This document shows positions 26,830 through 32,000 of a stretch of 32,000 nucleotides of DNA, piece after piece. The first letter of the stretch is position 1. Every line of letters begins with the position of its first letter. This DNA is from Candidatus Iainarchaeum sp. (GTDB lineage: Archaea > Iainarchaeota > Iainarchaeia > Iainarchaeales > CSSED10-239). The position numbers and the translations under genes are program-made. The stretch is from NCBI GenBank assembly GCA_028700115.1, contig JAQVTI010000001.1:150001-182000 (forward strand). Direction: 5' to 3'. The notes below the pieces were generated by a model. That model did no database searches, had not been told where the DNA came from, and worked only from the letters and a program-made list of their open reading frames with translations.

Positions 26830-27210
26830 TACTAAAAACTTTTTATCAGATTTTAGTCTTTCTAAAATCTTATTCATTGCATCTTCTAAAGTTGCTTTAT
26901 TATCTCCTTTAGACTCAATCATAATACTTACTTTAATTAAGTTTTTATCAGATTCAGAAATTGACTTTCTTGAATCTAACTTTTCTGCAATTTCTTTTGA
27001 AATAGAATACTTTGCAGGAAAGCCTTCTCTTTTTATAAGTTTTAATACAAGCATATTTTTTAGAGTTGCAGTTAAATCTTCATAACTTGCATCTTTAAAT
27101 TCTTTTTTAAGTTCTTCATCAGTTTTTGGAGACTTATAAATAGATTTTGCAATTTCTTTTCTTAAATCAAGAATTCTTTTTTGTTTGTCTACATCTACAT
27201 TTTCAGTCAT
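26557..27210 (-). CDS. Hypothetical protein (217 aa); N-terminal region possibly wHTH-like, C-terminal alpha/beta domain
   Basis: Intact ORF with an ATG start and a TAG stop. I do not recognise the family. Its 3' third is duplicated at 24495..24767. Confidence 0.5.
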   Translation of the reverse strand: MTENVDVDKQKRILDLRKEIAKSIYKSPKTDEELKKEFKDASYEDLTATLKNMLVLKLIKREGFPAKYSISKEIAEKLDSRKSISESDKNLIKVSIMIESKGDNKATLEDAMNKILERLKSDKKFLVYESKIAEIVVHDGLFSTYIEAEVSCKDLQSLFRLVYYYGVTSIDVIRPEKLNIPISDLQESLFTIVDMTHGYADMIFKLKQELNYITGKK

Positions 27211-27410
27211 AAATTTTCACATTTTATAATTATCTTAAATATTTACACATCTATAAATATATATTAGTTAAGAAACATATAAAAAAGAAAGGTTACTAAG
27301 AAATTAATTTAATTAATCAATAAAATCATCTCTAGAAAGTCTTAAAACATCAAAAGATTTATTTAAAATATAAATTACCTAACAGAACATAGATTTAATA
27401 ATTTAAAAAA

Positions 27411-27572
27411 ATGAAAATGGATAAAAAAGAAGTAATTTATCCATTAAAATGGATAAAAAACACTAAAAAAGCATTTAAAACCACAAAAATGGATAAAAAT
27501 AAGCTTATTTATCCATTAAAATGGATAAACTTAAAAAGACAACTATATATAATATATATAAAACTAAAATAA
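27411..27572 (+). CDS. Possible small ORF (53 aa) with an internal duplication MDKxxxIYPLKWI; an alternative reading of the repeat array
   Basis: The ATG at 27411 and TAA at 27570-27572 are in frame across both repeat units. No Shine-Dalgarno was seen. Coding status is doubtful. Confidence 0.25.
   Translation: MKMDKKEVIYPLKWIKNTKKAFKTTKMDKNKLIYPLKWINLKRQLYIIYIKLK
27414..27557. repeat. 72-bp tandem duplication (x2); each unit carries AAAATGGATAAA, then TTTATCCATT, then AAAATGGATAAA
   Basis: Direct sites lie at 27414, 27446, 27486 and 27518. Inverted sites lie at 27436 and 27508. All three site types recur with a 72-bp period. The array lies 20-165 bp upstream of ATPase 2, whose own start (AAATATGGATAAT) resembles the motif. 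Confidence 0.85.
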
Positions 27573-27579
27573 GATAAAT

Positions 27580-28863
27580 ATGGATAATTATAATTATATA
27601 CTTAAATCTGAAAGAAAAAAAGAAAAACTATTAGATGAAATTAAAAATTATAATGAAAGAAACATAGTTACAGAAATCAGAGAAGAAATTAAACTTTATA
27701 AAAATAAAAAAAATAAAAGAATATTCTTATTTTATGGACTTAGAGGGATTGGAAAATCAACTGCATTATTACAAATTATAAAAGAAAATAAAGATGCAAT
27801 GTATATTGATGGTACAGAAATATCTTATTATAATCTAGAACTTATAAAAGTTATAGAAGAATACAAAAAAATAAATAAATCAAATATATTAATTATAGAT
27901 GAATTAAATGATATACCTAATTGGGGAAAAGCACTTAAAATATTATATGATTCTGAGAATTTAAAAATAATTGCAACAGGATCTTCGGCAATAAAAATAT
28001 CACAAGAAATAAAAGAAATAATTAGAAGATCTAAAATAAAAAAACTGCAAGCTTTAAGTTTTAAAGAATTTTTAAAATTAAAATACAATATAGAATACAA
28101 TATCACAAATGAAATTAAAGATATATTATTTTCAAAAAAAGAAGACGCATTTATAAAAATTAAAAATTTAAATTTAGATATACTTAAAAAAAATCAAGAT
28201 ATTGAAAAACATTTCAGAGAATACATATATGAAGGCATACCTTTAATGATTAACACAGGGGAAAAAATACAAGACATATCTCAAAATATAATTTATAAAA
28301 TAATAGTAGATGATTTTAAAAATATTACAGGATTTAATATTAAAACTATAGATAAATCTAAAAAAATTATTAGAGCAATTGCAGAAGCAAAACCAGGACA
28401 CACTTCTTTTAAAAATTTAAGTGATAACTTCGATATATCCGCAACTACAATTTCTGAAATTATAAATGCATTTAAAATATCTGAATTAATTATAGAAACT
28501 TATGTTAATAAAAAATCAATGGCAAAATACAGAAAAGAACCTAAAATTTTATTTAGCTCTTCAGCAATAAGATATGGATTATTATTAAATAATTTTGATG
28601 AAACAGATATTGGAACACTTAGAGAAGATGCTTTTGTTTCAAATATAATATATAGTGGATTAAATGTAAATTATATTGCAGAAAATAAAAAAACACCTGA
28701 TTTTGAAATAAGTGATGACAAAAATAAAGTTATTGTAGAAATAGGTGGACAAAATAAAAAAACTAAACAGATCAAAAAAGGTTTTATAATTACAGAAAGT
28801 AATAAAATAGATATTATAAACAATGTGATATACATGCCTTTATACATGGTTTGTTTAATATAA
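27580..28863 (+). CDS. AAA+ ATPase, COG1373-like (second, divergent copy) with a nuclease-like C-terminus
   Basis: Walker A GLRGIGKST, Walker B LIIDELNDIPNW, ATGSS, ALSFKEFL, and C-terminal E..x..PDFEI...VVEIG. Confidence 0.8.
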   Translation: MDNYNYILKSERKKEKLLDEIKNYNERNIVTEIREEIKLYKNKKNKRIFLFYGLRGIGKSTALLQIIKENKDAMYIDGTEISYYNLELIKVIEEYKKINKSNILIIDELNDIPNWGKALKILYDSENLKIIATGSSAIKISQEIKEIIRRSKIKKLQALSFKEFLKLKYNIEYNITNEIKDILFSKKEDAFIKIKNLNLDILKKNQDIEKHFREYIYEGIPLMINTGEKIQDISQNIIYKIIVDDFKNITGFNIKTIDKSKKIIRAIAEAKPGHTSFKNLSDNFDISATTISEIINAFKISELIIETYVNKKSMAKYRKEPKILFSSSAIRYGLLLNNFDETDIGTLREDAFVSNIIYSGLNVNYIAENKKTPDFEISDDKNKVIVEIGGQNKKTKQIKKGFIITESNKIDIINNVIYMPLYMVCLI

Positions 28864-28877
28864 ATATATGATAAAAT

Positions 28878-29186
28878 ATGGATGTAAACACAATTTCACA
28901 AGTTGCAACTACTGCAACTAGTTCAGCAATAGACACTGCTTCAAAATTTATACCAAAACCAGAATATCTAATAATTGGTTTTGCTTTGATAATTGTAACT
29001 GTAATTATAATTAAATTTTTTAAAAATGTAGTAGTAAACAGTATAGTTGGTGTAGTTGGATTATTAATCTCAAACATTGTGTTTGGTTTAAAATTACCTT
29101 TTCTTTTAACATTACTAGTTACAGCTGTATTTGGACCTGCTGGACTTGGAACTATGCTTATTTTAAAATTCTTTGGAGTTGTTTAG
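28878..29186 (+). CDS. Small membrane protein, BofA-like
   Basis: The pattern of two to three TM helices, VVNSIVGVVGLLISNIVFGLKLPFLLTLLVTAVFGPAGLGTMLIL, resembles the BofA family (NSxxGxxxLxxxN...GxPG). Confidence 0.45.
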   Translation: MDVNTISQVATTATSSAIDTASKFIPKPEYLIIGFALIIVTVIIIKFFKNVVVNSIVGVVGLLISNIVFGLKLPFLLTLLVTAVFGPAGLGTMLILKFFGVV

Positions 29187-29205
29187 TGAGTTTTAGGTGA
29201 AGTTT

Positions 29206-30489
29206 ATGAAATATAATACAGATTTACATTACCATTCACCTTATGCAGCAGCATGCTCTAAAGACATTTCAATTCCTGTGCTTGCAAAAGAATCTAAGAT
29301 AAAAGGACTAAATATTTTAACAACTGCAGATAGCTTGCACCCTATATGGCAAAAACATATTAAAGAACATGTTATTGAAAAAAATGAAAGATTAATTTTC
29401 AAAGAAGACAAAAACTTACCTGAAGAAAAACAAACAAATTTTATTTTAGGCTGTGAGGTTGAAAGCACAAAAAGAGTGCATCACTTATTATATTTTAGAG
29501 ATTTTGAAACTTTAAACAAATTTAAAAAAGAAATATTACCTTTCTCACAAGATATGGAAAAATACGGAGGAGGAAGACCTAGAATTTCTCTAGAACCTGA
29601 CAAACTTTTAGATATTGCTATTGAAAATGATGTGTTACTTGGTCCTGCTCATGTGTTTACTCCTTACTTTGGAATTTATTCACATTATGATACTTTAAAG
29701 GAAGCCTATGGTAGAAATTATAAAAAAATTAAATTTATTGAACTTGGTTTATCAGCAGATACAAAAACTGCAAACACTATACCTGAACTAAAAGATATTA
29801 AGTTTTTCTCATTTTCAGACTCACACTCTCCTAAAAGCTTTAGGATTGGAAGAGAGTATGTTTCTATGGAACTTGAAAAACCTAATTATAATAGTTTAGA
29901 AAAACTATTAAATAATCATAAAAAAAATTATATTTTAGAAAATGTAGGATATAATCCTTATGAAGGAAAATATAATTCAAGTGCTTGTAAAAAATGCGCA
30001 CAAATTTATACTTTAGAACAAGCAGAAGTTATAAACTGGAAATGCCAAGTATGTAAAGGAACTATTAAAAAAGGTGTAACTGATAGAGCAAAAGAAATTT
30101 CTATTATTCAAGGAAATAAAAATCTTAAAGAAATTACAAAAAGACCAAATTACAGATATTTAATTCCACTTGCTCAAGTTATACAAATTGCAATAAATCA
30201 AAAAAACATATTACACAAAACAGTTCTAGAAAAATATGATGAATTTACTAAAAACCACACAGAAATTCAAATCATGCAAGAAGTTTCAAAAGAAGAACTT
30301 GAAAAAATTGATAAAAACATTGCAAGATACATTATAGCTTTTAGAAAAGACTTTGTAGTTTTCAGACCAGGTGGAGCTGGACACTATGGAGTGCCATATA
30401 TTTGTTTTTCTAAAGAAGAAAAAATTAAAAAAGAAAAAGAAATACAAGAAGAAATAAAAGTTAAAGTCTTACAAAAAAAATTATTTTAA
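29206..30489 (+). CDS. endoQ: Endonuclease Q (PHP-domain endonuclease acting at deaminated bases)
   Basis: The N-terminus DLHYHSPYAAACSKDISIPVLAKESKIKGLNILTTADSLHPIW parallels Pyrococcus EndoQ (DLHIHSHYS...LKGLNLVGTGDSLNPHW). A zinc ribbon CKKC...CQVC is present. GGTGA lies 5 nt before the ATG at 29206; the track start at 29197 is a GTG inside that Shine-Dalgarno. Confidence 0.8.
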   Translation: MKYNTDLHYHSPYAAACSKDISIPVLAKESKIKGLNILTTADSLHPIWQKHIKEHVIEKNERLIFKEDKNLPEEKQTNFILGCEVESTKRVHHLLYFRDFETLNKFKKEILPFSQDMEKYGGGRPRISLEPDKLLDIAIENDVLLGPAHVFTPYFGIYSHYDTLKEAYGRNYKKIKFIELGLSADTKTANTIPELKDIKFFSFSDSHSPKSFRIGREYVSMELEKPNYNSLEKLLNNHKKNYILENVGYNPYEGKYNSSACKKCAQIYTLEQAEVINWKCQVCKGTIKKGVTDRAKEISIIQGNKNLKEITKRPNYRYLIPLAQVIQIAINQKNILHKTVLEKYDEFTKNHTEIQIMQEVSKEELEKIDKNIARYIIAFRKDFVVFRPGGAGHYGVPYICFSKEEKIKKEKEIQEEIKVKVLQKKLF

Positions 30490-30536
30490 AATACACTTTT
30501 ATAATAGCCATTATAATAATCACCATTATACAAAAA

Positions 30537-31922
30537 CTAACCAGTTAAAACAATTATAGGCTTTATTCTTGCAATTTTTTTAACTAACCTTTTTGATTCT
30601 AAAGACTTAACTACTAGACTAGATTTTTTATAAGCATTAGGATTTTCTTCTCTTGCTGTGTTTTCAGATCTACCTGAAAGAATAATCTTATTTTTAGACA
30701 TGTATTCTTTTAGATCTTTAAAGGACATTAAATTTTTTGCAACAGATCTAGAAACAAGTCTACCACAACCATGAGGCATTGTATTTAGTGTTTGTTTAAT
30801 GTTTTTTGTAGGTAAAAGTATATAAGAATAATCAAGCATTGAACCTGGAAGTAAAATTGGAGCACCTGTTTCTAAATATCTAGAAGATTTATTTAAATCA
30901 CTAGGTAAAAATGCACGAGTTGCACCTTTTCTATGAACAATTACTTTTTTTGAATCTATTTTTTCTATAGTTGCTAAATTATGAACTAAATCATAAACTA
31001 AATCAAAACTTAATTCTTTTTGTCCAAGATTTAAAGTATCTTTAAAAACCTTAAAAACACTTCTTGTAAGTATAGCTCTATTTACAAAAGCATAGTTTGC
31101 ACAAGCATTCATTGCTTTAAAATAATCTTTTGCTAATTTAGTATTAAAAGGCTCATAACAAATTGGGTTTTTATTTTTAAAAAAAGAAGAATATTCTTTT
31201 CCAACAGTATAACCTAACCCTCTAGAACCAGTATGAATAAATATACAAACTTGATTTTTAGAAAGAGACCATTTTTTAGAAATATTTTTATCAAAAATAT
31301 CACTAACTATACAAATATCAATAAAATGATTTCCCTGACCTAAAGTACCTAATTGTTTAATAGCAATATCTTTTGCTTTTTTTGAAATTTTAGAAGAATC
31401 TGCTTGTTTAAAATAACCATTATATTCAATAGATCTTTTTTCTTTACTAGAAACTAATTTTTTAGAAATAGCCCAATTTATTCCTTTATTTAAAATTTCA
31501 TCTAAATCTTTTTTTGAAATTTTATAACCATCATTAGAAAGACCAAGTGGTAGTTTAGATAAATTTTTTGAAAGACTTTCTAAATCTTTTTTATTTAAGT
31601 CTTTTAGAAATAAATTAGTTTTAACTAATCTAACACCACAATTAATATCATAACCTACAGCTTCAGAAGAAATAAATCCATTTTTATAATTACTTGAAAT
31701 AACGCTTCCAATTGGAACACCAAATCCTGTATGTATGTCTGGAAGACCTATAACTGAATGCACGCTTGGTAAATTAGTTGAATTTATTAATTGTTCTAAT
31801 GCAGAATCTGAAACTTTAGAAAATAAAGAAGGAGTTATTAATAATTTAATTTCTTTATTATTATGATTTGTTATAAAAAAACCATTTTTATTTTTAAAAG
31901 TTAAATTTATTCTTTTAGGCAT
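30537..31922 (-). CDS. rtcB: RtcB RNA 3'-phosphate ligase (tRNA-splicing ligase)
   Basis: Motifs GLPDIHTGFG, GYDINCGVRL, GQGNHF, HTGSRGLG, HRKGATRA, PGSM and HGCGR. Confidence 0.95.
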   Translation of the reverse strand: MPKRINLTFKNKNGFFITNHNNKEIKLLITPSLFSKVSDSALEQLINSTNLPSVHSVIGLPDIHTGFGVPIGSVISSNYKNGFISSEAVGYDINCGVRLVKTNLFLKDLNKKDLESLSKNLSKLPLGLSNDGYKISKKDLDEILNKGINWAISKKLVSSKEKRSIEYNGYFKQADSSKISKKAKDIAIKQLGTLGQGNHFIDICIVSDIFDKNISKKWSLSKNQVCIFIHTGSRGLGYTVGKEYSSFFKNKNPICYEPFNTKLAKDYFKAMNACANYAFVNRAILTRSVFKVFKDTLNLGQKELSFDLVYDLVHNLATIEKIDSKKVIVHRKGATRAFLPSDLNKSSRYLETGAPILLPGSMLDYSYILLPTKNIKQTLNTMPHGCGRLVSRSVAKNLMSFKDLKEYMSKNKIILSGRSENTAREENPNAYKKSSLVVKSLESKRLVKKIARIKPIIVLTG

Positions 31923-32000
31923 ATAAAAAAGTAAGTAGAAAAAGAATTATAAAAAGATTTATTTTAGATCAGACTCAATCAATGTATAAGTTTCCCAAAC

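Noticed and set aside
27414-27557. A possible CRISPR-like or other interspaced repeat array.
   Set aside because: There are only two 72-bp units. The repeats are 10-15 bp and partly inverted, the intervening segments do not look like spacers, and no cas genes are present. The pattern fits better as an operator or iteron-like array.
31959-32000. A partial gene at the right edge. It could be the minus-strand tail ...VWETYTLIESDLK* ending at 31959, or a + strand start, ATG at 31982 (MYKFPK).
   Set aside because: Only about 13 codons are visible and both readings are possible. That is not enough evidence to call a feature.

Overview
Very AT-rich archaeal fragment. The gene content and small, compact genes look like a DPANN-type or other reduced archaeon; that assignment is inference. 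No rRNA, tRNA or CRISPR array was found. Genes use the standard code with TAA, TAG and TGA stops, several GGTG-type Shine-Dalgarno sites, and some TTG or GTG starts.

Three housekeeping blocks are present:
- 1-12.8 kb: Dph6-like PP-loop enzyme; a KH/Dim2, Rio kinase, aIF1A, DUF424, aIF2-beta cluster; a presenilin-like protease; MCM; an RPA-like ssDNA-binding protein; and a type IV pilus/secretion-family ATPase.
- 17.7-20.3 kb: an S-layer protein gene.
- 28.9-32 kb: a BofA-like membrane protein, EndoQ and RtcB.

Between these blocks lie two accessory regions, one on each side of the S-layer gene. Each carries a divergent AbiEi/AbiEii pair plus a COG1373-type AAA+ ATPase with a nuclease-like C-terminus. 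They also hold unknown lysine-rich proteins, a decayed GNAT toxin module, and a 959-aa pilin-anchored DUF285 adhesin.

The observations most worth follow-up:
1. Two defence-type cassettes show the same topology: intact gene, then cassette, then a duplicated 3' end of that gene. The direct repeats are 287 bp and about 53 bp, and neither cassette encodes a recombinase.
2. An AbiE module is paired with an AAA+/DUF4143 ATPase in both accessory regions.
3. Two pilin-like adhesin genes share a 502-bp, about 99 % identical 5' module and show mosaic similarity further in.
4. Structured palindromic repeat arrays lie in the promoters of both ATPase genes.

All functional calls come from motif recognition by eye. 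No database search was run.
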